Below, in pieces: positions 9,436 through 19,957 of a stretch of DNA of 64,000 bases. Position numbers and translations under genes: made by a program. Position 1 is the stretch's first letter; each line of letters opens with the position of its first letter. Source of the stretch: Flavobacteriaceae bacterium (GTDB lineage Bacteria > Bacteroidota > Bacteroidia > Flavobacteriales > Flavobacteriaceae); the NCBI GenBank assembly GCA_963669405.2, contig CAXXHF010000001.1:194493-258492 (forward strand). Reading direction: 5' to 3'. The notes under the pieces are model-generated. The model ran no database searches, was not told the DNA's origin, and saw only the letters and a program-made list of their open reading frames with translations.

Positions 9436-10140
9436 CACATTCCCCTCCTCTCCTACCGTCGCTCCGGTAAAAGAGTGTTCCATTAAGTGTTTAAGAAGAA
9501 AATTAAGGAAGGAAAAAATCTAAAGACGCTTATATATAACTTTGCTTTTTTAGCGCAAAGCAAAGTTACATAACGCGAAATTATAGTACAAATGTGTCTG
9601 TGTAGCCGTTTTGCCCAATCGTGCCATTTGATAGCTATAATTCCATATTATGTAAAATATCCCAGGAAGTCCCGTAGACACAATAAACTATTGTCTGGGG
9701 GTCATTAAACTTCAGGCTCTTGGCTTTGATGCCAAACAATGAACATCTCGTTATTTGTAGCTATAATCAGACGCTATGTAAAATTGCCGCGCCCAACCGC
9801 CAGATTGTTTTTAAAAAATTAAATGCTTTATGGCATTTATTTTTAAACTCAATTCGCCACCGCTTGGCCACACCAAAAAAAGCTGGCTTTTGCCTTTTGT
9901 TTGAAATTCGCGTATTCGGGGAAAATCCCGCAAGATTTTTTTCTACGGCATTTTCGTCAACGTTACGCAAGAGTACAAAATTACTCTGTGAGATAATTTC
10001 CGTACACTTGCTCAAATCCGTCATTTGTTTGAAGCTTTCAGGGTTTGACATGTCTTTTTTCCTTGATGAAAAAAGAAACAAAAAAATCAAGGCTGCACAA
10101 AACTTTGGAAACAATGTACGGCTCAATCGCTATATTTTAG
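9436..10140. repeat. Direct repeat B, copy 2
   Basis: Near-identical to 2441-3145. Confidence 0.88.
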
Positions 10141-10315
10141 ATTATTTAGCGTTAAGAGAATGTCCTGTGGACATTTTTAGCTAAATACGATTTGAGGATG
10201 GATGTATTTCTATCGAATCATCCACTGGATAATTCTCACGAAATAACCTATTGTTTTACCAAAATTTTATGAGGCCGTTTTAGATCCGTCGTTCTATTTT
10301 ACATAATGTTAGAAA

Positions 10316-10716
10316 CTAAGCATTTAGTTTATCTATCATATTTTCTAACGAATACTTTGCTAATGCTGGAATTGTATGGCGCGTAACTTTAATTTCCCAA
10401 TTGGATAAACTAGGCATTAAGGTTACATTGTTTTCTATGAAAATATCTGAATTGGATTCTGCTAATGCTTCAGATGGAATGAAATAAAACACTGTTGGCT
10501 CTTTATCTATGATCAATACTAAAACGATAAATAAATCGCTCCTCAATTCGCCTAAATCTTCTTTGGATATTTTGATGCTTAATTGTGCTGCATCTTTATT
10601 GATGGGTTGTAAGTATAATTGATTGTCTCCTATTAAGAAATCAACCCCTTCCCTCCCATCGGTTTTGTCAATTAATTCTATTTTAATTCTGATTTTAGAA
10701 ACTCTAAGGCAATCAT
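10316..10716 (-). pseudogene. Hypothetical gene, apparently frameshifted near its start
   Basis: ATG at 10716 overlaps the HTH stop (ATGA) but reaches TAG after MIALEFLKSELK; the long frame resumes IELIDKTDGREG. Confidence 0.5.
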
Positions 10717-10919
10717 TTTGTAGAAACCAATAGCTCTCTAATATCCACATCTAGGATTTCTGCTATTTTTTTTAAATCTTTTAGGTGCGGTTGTGATTTA
10801 TTATTGCAAAAAGCCGTTACAGAAGTAGTACTTTTTCCAAGTTCTTCCGCGAGCCAAACTTGCGATTTTCCTTGAATTACTAATACTTCTTTTATTCTAT
10901 TTATCCTTTCTATTGCCAT
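10713..10919 (-). CDS. XRE/Cro-like HTH regulator
   Basis: NRIKEVL...SQVWLAEELGKSTTSVTAFCNNKSQP...IAEILDV. Confidence 0.92.
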   Translation of the reverse strand: MAIERINRIKEVLVIQGKSQVWLAEELGKSTTSVTAFCNNKSQPHLKDLKKIAEILDVDIRELLVSTK

Positions 10920-10980
10920 AATTATTAGGTGTAATTTACCCTAAATATATAATATAGACTTATTAAAACTTAAGTTTAAA

Positions 10981-11032
10981 TTAGATTTAAGTAATCTAAA
11001 CTTGCATTATTAAAATTTAAATTATAAGTTTG
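10981..11032. promoter_or_regulatory. Palindromic operator and -7 box between divergent genes
   Basis: TTAGATT-taagt-AATCTAA at 10981-10999; TAAGTTTG at 11025-11032. Confidence 0.5.
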
Positions 11033-11113
11033 AATTAACTTTATATAAGTTAAAATTATATAAATGTAATTTTTAATTAAATTTTTATTGTTAACAACTT
11101 TATTTCAATTTTT

Positions 11114-11305
11114 ATGCCACATCCAAAGTATACTAAAGCCGACCTTGAGAAAATCATACTTACGCAACTGGATAACCTAAATGCAATTCACGACTTGTTA
11201 CGCATCATGAAACTGCAAAATGAACTTATTGATAATGCCAATAAGAAATTAAAGGATGAAGTGATTGATTTTAAGAAACGCGTTAATTATGGATCAAAAA
11301 AGTAA
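11114..11305 (+). CDS. Small hypothetical, coiled-coil-like protein (63 aa)
   Basis: ATG ORF downstream of a -7 box; higher GC than its flanks. Confidence 0.65.
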   Translation: MPHPKYTKADLEKIILTQLDNLNAIHDLLRIMKLQNELIDNANKKLKDEVIDFKKRVNYGSKK

Positions 11306-11325
11306 TCGTTGTTGTTTGATGATAT

Positions 11326-12339
11326 CTAATCATAAAAATCTGAGAATCTAGCAACATCTTGAATAAATTTACTTAATGGGCGATTATTGATTTTAGAAGC
11401 TTCTGGGTAAACACGTAAGAAAACCCTATCTATAGTCTCTTTATCTTTAAACATCAGGTTACCCGATTTATCTTTATACTTTTTTAAAAGTTCATTTCTT
11501 TTACTTTCTGGATATTCTCTTCCTAATGCTAATATTTCTTTAGTAATTTCATTAAAGTTACTATGTATTCCCACAATATCAAAAAGTTCATTATGAGCTT
11601 TTACTTTCTTATCATCTAAATTTGATATTGTTATTGCTATATCCTCTAAATCAACTTCATTAACGCTAGTGTATAATGTTTTATCAGATTCTTTCGCTAT
11701 GGTAAATATGAAACGGTCTCCGATAGATTCGATGTATGGGTTACAAAAGTCCTCAATCCAAAAATCTTTGTCTCCTTTGTTTAAATTACAATTAGCACAA
11801 GAAGGAATCAGATTATACATAGAAATAGAAAAATAAGGGTATTTTTTTTTAGGATAAATATGATCAATTTGAAATTTAACAGCTTCTGAGTTATCTTTTA
11901 AAAAAGTTAGTGTGTATTGGGAATTACAATAATAACAAGTTTTTATTTTTGACTTGTGAAAAAAAATCTTTAACACTTTATTTTGTAGTTTGGAATAAGC
12001 TAGTGATTCAGAGAGTTTCTTACCAAAATCTGTTTGAGTAAATTTTGGATTCTTTCCGTTTACATCTGTTGTAGTTTGATGAAATTTATTGCCATAAATT
12101 CTATCTATTCTCTTTATCCAGAGTTGTATAGTTCTAGGCGACATTAATATAATTCTTTTAAAATTTCGAATTATTAATGTTAGAAATTGGTATTCAAAAT
12201 CACAGCAAGTATATTCTTTACGAAGCTCTTTTAGATTATTAATAGGTTTTTTAAATGCACTTCCTGAATATTTTCCGTATAATAAATCAAGAAATAGTTT
12301 TTCAGAGTTATGTGTGTTTTCAAATTTAATTTTCTGCAT
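11326..12339 (-). CDS. HNH endonuclease (PtuB-like)
   Basis: CYYCN...QIDHIYPKKKYP...YNLIPSCANCN; overlaps the upstream ATPase. Confidence 0.88.
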   Translation of the reverse strand: MQKIKFENTHNSEKLFLDLLYGKYSGSAFKKPINNLKELRKEYTCCDFEYQFLTLIIRNFKRIILMSPRTIQLWIKRIDRIYGNKFHQTTTDVNGKNPKFTQTDFGKKLSESLAYSKLQNKVLKIFFHKSKIKTCYYCNSQYTLTFLKDNSEAVKFQIDHIYPKKKYPYFSISMYNLIPSCANCNLNKGDKDFWIEDFCNPYIESIGDRFIFTIAKESDKTLYTSVNEVDLEDIAITISNLDDKKVKAHNELFDIVGIHSNFNEITKEILALGREYPESKRNELLKKYKDKSGNLMFKDKETIDRVFLRVYPEASKINNRPLSKFIQDVARFSDFYD

Positions 12340-15097
12340 CTCTATCTAATTTTCCTTTTAACTCAATTAAATGCTTTTCTGCTAATTCTATTTCTTTTTT
12401 TATTAGAGTTTCTTCTTTTGAAATATCATTTAATAAGTCATTAAGTCTAGTCTTAATTATCCGTTCCCCCACGATATCGATCTTTTTTTGCAGTTCAGAA
12501 TATTTTTCACTACTTATTTTATAGGAACTGTTACTCTTTAACTCATACAATTCACCAAAAAGTTCTTCAATCTTATCTTTGGCATATTCTCCAATAAACC
12601 CATCGTTCATAAAAAAGCCATCAGCCATTAAGTCATAAATATTAGCTCCAAAAGTTTGATTTTCACTATCTTTTGGCTTACCATCGTTTAATCTTAATGT
12701 ATAAAACTCTGGTATATCAGAAAGGATATAAGGAGAATGTGTGATTAAACAGATATTTATAGAATCAATGTTTTCTAAGTAAATTTTACCAAGTGTTTTT
12801 AATAAATAGGACAGATATTTTCTTTGCAATTCTGGATGATAGTATAATTCTATTTCATCTAAAATCAAATTGATACTAGTATAATTGACTAAGTCCGTAT
12901 CATTAGATTCAATAGAGTTTAAATTCTTAATATGATATATAATAGAATTTATAGCGTGTATTTGTTGTTTCTCACCGGAGCTTAGTTTATTAAAATCTGA
13001 AATATTACCTAAGTCATCGATAACAACAATTTCCGTTTTAAAAATTGGAGGTGGAAGTAATTCAATAAGTTCTATTTTTTCTAATTCAGAGTTTTTTCTA
13101 GCAAGCTTTTCAACTTCTATATTTAAATAATCTAGTTCTAAATCGAAATCAAGTTCTTTTGGAAGTAAAGGAGTATATTTTAAATAATTTATAGCCTGCT
13201 TTAGTTTATAAACTATGTGACTAGAATCATTAACAATCTTTTTCACATACGCTTCCCATTCTTTAATATTAATATTTAAACTACGAGGAGAACCTAAATC
13301 AAATTTCTTTTTATAATGGGGATATGTTTCCCAAATTCGAATCAATTTTCTAAAAATATATTTTATAGTCTCTTTTTCTAATTGACCTATTTTTTCAGTT
13401 TTAATACTGAAAACCTCATAGACAATTTCAATATATTTTTCAATTTCGTAATAAACACCTAAGTCATTAGCTTTAACTTGCTCTTGAACCTCTTTAAAGA
13501 ATCTTGTGTTTTTTTCCTTATCTAATTGAAAATTAATTTTTAATACTTTTTGTGAATCAGTTAATTGCCTTATTCCTAAATCACCTTCTTCGACTGGATC
13601 AAAAAGATTTGCTACTAATCTCGATTTAGCTAGCTCATTTTCTGTATTAATATGGATGTCTCCTTCTGTTCTCATTGGGTTAAAAACGATGGGAGCTTGA
13701 TAGCTATCATTTTTATGAAACAATTTTTCAATCCAAGGCCCTAAATGTCTACTGTTTAATGCATAGTGAGAATAATTAATGCATATGGTATAGAAAAATG
13801 AATAAAAATCTGTTCTAGAAAAAGACCTTCCTCCTCTTAATAGGTTAAAAAATGATCTGCCATTGTCATCCTTTTTACCTTTTTCTAAAAGATATTCAAA
13901 TACCTTGGTTTCTTTATTAATAACTTGTAAACGAATTATTTTATCTCCTACTTTATAATATAATTCAGTAGCCAAGTTTTCCTCCAGAATCAATTCTTCT
14001 GTATTTAAAGAATCTTTAAAGGGATAAGTAATATTGTTAATCGTTTTTGCTAATAGTTCTATTAAACTACTTTTCCCTGAACCATTTTTACCTACTATTG
14101 CCGTAACATTAACATTTAAATTATTAGGATGTTCAATGTTGTATAATTGTATGTCTTTAGACGAGTCATATCGAATATATTTTTTTTCAATTTTAAAAGC
14201 TTTTTCAAAGTAATATATATTTTCAGTATTGTTTTTAAGAACATTTAAATGCTCTTTGTCACATTCATCTAAAAACTTTATAGCTATCATTTTAAAATCG
14301 ACTGATAAGCTTGTTTCATTAAATTCAGATTCATTTTTTATCCCAAAAAAATCTTGCAAATTTGAAGAAATTTTAACCTGAGTCTTAGAGTTTATTAAAG
14401 CATAAGAAGCATATGCTATTTCTCTATAAATTGCTTTGTCTCCCCAAGTTTCACTATTATAATTATGCTCATCTATTTTTCTTACCAAAGAAAAGTAGTC
14501 TTGAATATTGAAATTTTGAGGTAAGAAATGACTAATTTGAAGGTATTGACGAGTGTTTTTATCCAGAGGAATAAAATTATCTGATCTCACCCAAAATACA
14601 AAAGTGGTTAAAGAAGCAAACTCTATACCATACCAACCTTTATATAATTCAAATTCTTCTATCCTAAGGGTAGAATTCCCATTAAGATAAATAAGAGCAA
14701 AGAAATTCCATATTTGCTCTTGCATCCCTAAAGATCTTATTGATGATTGTTTTATAACTGGAGGAGCTGGGCAACCTGTAAAATCTATTCCATTAACCTT
14801 TAAATTAGAACCAAAAACTTTTAATAAAATCTGTATTCTATCAATTCTAGATTCTTCTTTTAAAGAGTTTCCGTTTATAGAACTAAATAAGTGAATTGGG
14901 TCCAATCCAGAAGCTACATTGTCATCATCAATAAATTTTTGAAACCATTGATTAGCATCAATAAATTCCTTGTGGTCTTTTAAACGATTAAATAAGAAAA
15001 CAGGAGATAATTTTGTGTTTTTTCGGAAATATTCAAAGAGTTTTTCGGCTAGTTCGTCATAAACTAAGTACCACTTTATTTCTTTTTCTGAATTCAT
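12326..15097 (-). CDS. ABC-type ATPase (PtuA-like) with an extra N-terminal domain
   Basis: Walker A GKNGSGKS, signature LSSGEKQ, Walker B LILDEIELYYHP, ITHSPYILSD. Confidence 0.9.
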   Translation of the reverse strand: MNSEKEIKWYLVYDELAEKLFEYFRKNTKLSPVFLFNRLKDHKEFIDANQWFQKFIDDDNVASGLDPIHLFSSINGNSLKEESRIDRIQILLKVFGSNLKVNGIDFTGCPAPPVIKQSSIRSLGMQEQIWNFFALIYLNGNSTLRIEEFELYKGWYGIEFASLTTFVFWVRSDNFIPLDKNTRQYLQISHFLPQNFNIQDYFSLVRKIDEHNYNSETWGDKAIYREIAYASYALINSKTQVKISSNLQDFFGIKNESEFNETSLSVDFKMIAIKFLDECDKEHLNVLKNNTENIYYFEKAFKIEKKYIRYDSSKDIQLYNIEHPNNLNVNVTAIVGKNGSGKSSLIELLAKTINNITYPFKDSLNTEELILEENLATELYYKVGDKIIRLQVINKETKVFEYLLEKGKKDDNGRSFFNLLRGGRSFSRTDFYSFFYTICINYSHYALNSRHLGPWIEKLFHKNDSYQAPIVFNPMRTEGDIHINTENELAKSRLVANLFDPVEEGDLGIRQLTDSQKVLKINFQLDKEKNTRFFKEVQEQVKANDLGVYYEIEKYIEIVYEVFSIKTEKIGQLEKETIKYIFRKLIRIWETYPHYKKKFDLGSPRSLNINIKEWEAYVKKIVNDSSHIVYKLKQAINYLKYTPLLPKELDFDLELDYLNIEVEKLARKNSELEKIELIELLPPPIFKTEIVVIDDLGNISDFNKLSSGEKQQIHAINSIIYHIKNLNSIESNDTDLVNYTSINLILDEIELYYHPELQRKYLSYLLKTLGKIYLENIDSINICLITHSPYILSDIPEFYTLRLNDGKPKDSENQTFGANIYDLMADGFFMNDGFIGEYAKDKIEELFGELYELKSNSSYKISSEKYSELQKKIDIVGERIIKTRLNDLLNDISKEETLIKKEIELAEKHLIELKGKLDRDAEN

Positions 15098-15098
15098 A

Positions 15099-16058
15099 TT
15101 ATTTTTTAATGACTTTTATTTTTTCTAATATTTCAATCAAATCCATAGATTCTTCCTCCACCCATTCATCTTGATTAATTAGTGTTTTTATTAACGTAAT
15201 TTGTGAATCAGTAAATACTTCATCTTTTATAATTGAATAAATTTTTTCTTTCCATTTACTCTTATGATTTGGGGAGTTTACTGGTAAGCTGTTTTCTAAA
15301 TTTATAGGCTCTAAAATTTCGATTTCTTTATTTTTAGATTTAAATATTTTTTTAATTCTATAATAGATATCTAATCCGTGAAAATCCCAATCACAGAAAT
15401 AGTAAATAGGTAGTTTTAATTTTTCAAGAGGTAAGTCATTTAAAGGCTTGGTGTTATTTCCGCCAACATACCATAATTCTATATTGTTCTTTTTATACTC
15501 TGTAGGTACTTTTAAACAGGAAATATTTTCACAAAGCACAATTAATTTGGGGTTTAAACAATCAACAATTATTCTCCATTGATTGTTTTTAGGATCTTTT
15601 TCTGGAAATTCTTTAATGTCTAATAGGAATAAAACGGCATCTCTTAAACTTGGCTTACTAGCAAGGTATTTTGCTCCTTTGCCTTTAAAAACTCTATTTG
15701 AAAACGTGTATTCTGTTGTTAATTTATTTTTTAATTCTTCTTTATTGTAGAATACAAACATTAAGACTTTAATATCTTCTTCTTTAAATCTTTTATGTCC
15801 ATTATTTTCTAAATTAGACTTTTCAAAAAAATCATTATAATAACTATAAGTATCTAAGAATTCTTTTTCATAAAATACTTTGTATCTATCAGTAGTTTCT
15901 ATAATTGAATGATTACCTAGTCGGAACCTAATTAACTTTTTTTGTTTAAATAAAACTTGATTGATGTATTTGTTATTAGTGATTTTTAATTTTGTATATT
16001 CTTTATTATAAAGCTCATTTAAACCTCTTAAATGTCTCCATTCTATATCTTTCTTCAT
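15099..16058 (-). CDS. jetD: TOPRIM nuclease, Wadjet JetD/MksG-like
   Basis: IVLCEN and YYFCDWDFHGLDIY; last gene of the SMC module. Confidence 0.78.
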   Translation of the reverse strand: MKKDIEWRHLRGLNELYNKEYTKLKITNNKYINQVLFKQKKLIRFRLGNHSIIETTDRYKVFYEKEFLDTYSYYNDFFEKSNLENNGHKRFKEEDIKVLMFVFYNKEELKNKLTTEYTFSNRVFKGKGAKYLASKPSLRDAVLFLLDIKEFPEKDPKNNQWRIIVDCLNPKLIVLCENISCLKVPTEYKKNNIELWYVGGNNTKPLNDLPLEKLKLPIYYFCDWDFHGLDIYYRIKKIFKSKNKEIEILEPINLENSLPVNSPNHKSKWKEKIYSIIKDEVFTDSQITLIKTLINQDEWVEEESMDLIEILEKIKVIKK

Positions 16059-19000
16059 ACCTCAATTTCATTTTGAGAACCAAAAACAGGTATAGGTTCA
16101 TAATTTACTTTGTCTTCTTCTTCTAAGTTATTATGTAATAAGTAGATATTTTGATTTTTAGCATCTACTTTGTTTGGTTCTATTGATAGTGATAATAATT
16201 GATAATTATTTGCTTTAGCAATATCATATAACATATCAAAATTACTTCCAAGACCTTCAGCTTCGTCTATAGGCATAAACCTAATACCTTCTTTAAATTT
16301 ACCATTAAATGAATTTTTTTTCGATTAATGATAATCTAGCGATACATAATAAGGCTATAGCTGCATATGTTTGACTTGTACTACCATCATTACTATTTTT
16401 AGTATGTATCGATTTGATTGTGAATTTTAAATCGTAATAGGATTTAGGATTTAAAAGGTCTTCGATTGTTGGTTTTATATTTTTTGAACCACCACATCGA
16501 TAAAACGCTTCAATCATTTTATCTTGTAAAGAAGTAAACTTTTCTAATTCATTGGTTAATCCTTTTAAAGGATCTAGTAAAGATTGGTCTATACTTAAAC
16601 CCAAATCATTTTCAATCTGTTCTGTAAACTTTGACATCCATTCTCTAGGAAATGCATCATTAAAAGTTCTACTTAGATTTGCTCGATGACCACCCGTTAT
16701 AGTTTTATCTTCAGTATTTAAAAAGTTTTTAATGTTTCTGAAATATTCTAATTGTTCACTTACTTCAGTATTAACTTCATCAATAATAGCACTTAATTTT
16801 TGAAGTTTTCGACCATTCAGTCTCCTGTTTTTTTCGTTGATCTCTCTTAATCGTTTATTAATATTAGATACTAAGTTCTCGTTTAATAGATCATTTTCAT
16901 CAAAAATTTCTGGAGGTAATATTTCCTTACACAAACCAACAAAATCTCCGGTATCTTCATACCGTTCTTTTTTACTTTCTAAAAATTCTCTAACAAGAGA
17001 GTTGTATTTAAACAAATATCGATTTTCAAAGCCTTCATTTTCTTTTTTTAGATCTTCTAATTCTTTTTCATCAACAATTTGAACTTTAATACTTCTTTTA
17101 AATTCTTTATTGAAAAATACTTCAAATTCATCCTTAAGGTCAGTAGTTCTTTTATCACTTTTTATGATAATATCATTTAGTTTTTGAATTGTTTCAAGTT
17201 GATTACTTTTCTTGAGTTCAATATCTTTTAATTTAATAAACTCTCTATAATAATCTTCTGTATTATTAAGTTGAGTTAACAAATTATCGATAGTATTATC
17301 TTCATTTTTTATATAATCATTATCTTTTTTATAGGGGTCGATTTCAGTATCAAAATTTGGAGCCTTAAATGCTTCTAATTCTTTATATAGATTGTCTTCT
17401 AGTGTTATTAAAGAACTTCTCTTTGCATCAATTTTATCGAAGTTTTTAACTGCTTCACTATAACTTGTATCTATTTCTTTATTTGAAGAGAATAAGTTTG
17501 AATATTCTTTTATATCATCTTCTGAGGCATCAAATAAAATATGAGGTTGTAATTCTTCAATAGTATTTCTGGAATTCCAAGCAATGATATGTTCTTCTAA
17601 ATTTTTAGTTTTTTCAAAAACACGTTTAAGGACCTCGTAATTATTTATCTCTTTATTTAATTTATCAATATCAGCAGAAAGTGTACTATCTTGATTCGTA
17701 AAATATTGTCTTATACTCTCTGTGTCATTATTAAATATTGGTTCTGCAACATATTGAACGAACTCACTAATTCCATTAAGGTTTAGCCAAAATCCAATAT
17801 CTGTTTTCTTAGTAATATTAATATTATCAATTAATAAGTTAGGTTCAGGTATGTATCGTTTTTCTATTTTATTTGGTTCTTCAATTCTTATACCTTCATT
17901 TTGATATTTATGGATAATACTTTCTTCATCAAGGCTTAATTTTCTTTTTAGATTTAATGCCCAATATGCTAAAGATTTAGAATCATTAATATTATGTAAT
18001 GCTTTTAATTTTTCCTTTACTATTTGTGATTCTTTTAATTGATTTAATTGAACTTCTATTTCTACTAGTATTTTAGTTGGCCATACATCTTTGGTTTCAA
18101 AAAAAGGAAGAATATTTTCTACTTTGAGTGTTTTATTTAAACTATTAATCTTTTCTATAGTATCTTTTGATTTATGATAATTTTGATGTTTTAATATTAT
18201 CTCATCTTTACTGCAATCAAATTCTTTAAGCCACCCTTTAAATGTTTTTAGTTTATTATTTTTTGTTTCCCATTCTACTTTTGCTTTATAAACAGTATTA
18301 TACTCTTCTAAAATACCCTTTATAGCAGAAGATGTTTCTAAAAGTTTTTGAGTAGCATTTTTTTCTAAAAAGATTAATGACTCAATACTTCTGTCATAGA
18401 TTTCAAAAGCTTTAATAAGCTCTCTTTTAGAATTGGAATTTAGAAATTTTTGATAATTATGCTCTATATGAAATAATTGCTCTTTATTATTATCTCTTTC
18501 TTGTTTTCTCTGTAACAATTCTTGTAACTGAAGTTGTTTGTCTTCTAATTTTTTTATTTCAATAGAATTTGACTCAAACAGTTTTACGTCTCCACTTAAT
18601 TCATCTACTGCTTTAATAAAAGCATCATAAAATTTCTTTTCTTTATCATTCCCAAATAAAAAACTTTGAATTCTGTCACTCTTTGTAATATCAAGTGATT
18701 CTCTAGAAAATGCTTGTATGATTTTAGAGTAATTTTCTAATGCTTTATAATTTTTAGATATATCAACAGGTATTATAGTGTTTTTATCACTACACAATAG
18801 TTTATGATAATGAGTTGTTTTTTGCCAAGATTCACAAGTAAGGTTTAAGGAGTCTGATATATGGTCTTTTAAATATTCAATAGGTAATATATTATCATCT
18901 TTTAAAAAATCGGAATAACTTAAAAGTGAAGAAAAAGGAATTAGACTTGCTTCTTCGTCAAAATCGGTACCTTCCTGTATGATAAACATATGTGAAGTGC

Positions 19001-19322
19001 CTGTACTTTCTAAATATATTCCAATTACAATAAACTTGCCTTTCTCTACTTCAACATTGATAAAGGCATAGCTACTATCTGTTCCTGTGTTTTTAGATTT
19101 TAAAACCATTGTTTTAGGTTTTCTTGGTCCAGTACTTTTTGTTGGAGAATGAAACGCCGAAGGTCCAACAAAAATGAGTTGGAGCATATCTGCAATCATA
19201 CTTTTCCCAGAACCTCCTTCACCAACAAAATCTGTCCTAAAAGTATTAAACTCATAATCAAATGATTGATGATGTATTATACCTAAGGTAGATAGCCTTT
19301 TTATTTTAGGATATTTTTTCAT
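16055..19322 (-). pseudogene. jetC: SMC-like ATPase (JetC/MksB-like) split by a frameshift in an A8 run
   Basis: Walker A GEGGSGKS and long coiled coil in 16305-19322; Walker B FMPIDEAEGLG lies in another frame (16055-16276); T8 at 16314-16321. Confidence 0.8.
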
Positions 19323-19957
19323 TTCAATTCATTTAATATTTCATCTATATTTAATATATCTTTTTCATATATTTTTATTAATCTATCGAATGCTGGTAAT
19401 AAATCAAATTCACCATTATTCAATGTAATCCAACCAATTTTTTTAAATTCTGACAATGCTGCATTAATCGTTAAATCTATAGTTTTGTCATTTAGGTTTC
19501 CTGGATTTGTGTTTTTAGATTTTGCAATTAATCTGTATAATCCAGGTTTAATATCTTCATAATCAATCCTTATTTTTTCTTTTAATTTTTGAACTGAATT
19601 TAAATCAACCTCTCTATTGATAAAAAATATTTCATAAATAATGAACCCAATTATTACATATTCATTTTTTAGTATATGCCTATTAGAAATATTTTTTCGA
19701 TTTGTTCCTGAAAAATCTAAAAAGTAATACTTGTAGGGTTCTTCCCCTCCAAAAGTCAAATCAACCTTAAAAATTTTATAATATAATTTTAAACTATCCT
19801 CGTTATCTACGATATAATCATAATAATCATTTTGTTTTCCTACTTGCTGAAAATGAACTCCATCTTTTAATTGATAATCAAGTTCTGCAAATAAATCCTC
19901 TGTTTTTCTATGTGATAGAAAGCTATCTATTGTTGCTTTATTATTTTCATTTTCCAT
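19319..19957 (-). CDS. JetB/MksE-like condensin accessory subunit
   Basis: Position and size; FAELDYQLKDG, FKKIGWI and PAFDRL motifs. Confidence 0.7.
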   Translation of the reverse strand: MENENNKATIDSFLSHRKTEDLFAELDYQLKDGVHFQQVGKQNDYYDYIVDNEDSLKLYYKIFKVDLTFGGEEPYKYYFLDFSGTNRKNISNRHILKNEYVIIGFIIYEIFFINREVDLNSVQKLKEKIRIDYEDIKPGLYRLIAKSKNTNPGNLNDKTIDLTINAALSEFKKIGWITLNNGEFDLLPAFDRLIKIYEKDILNIDEILNELK

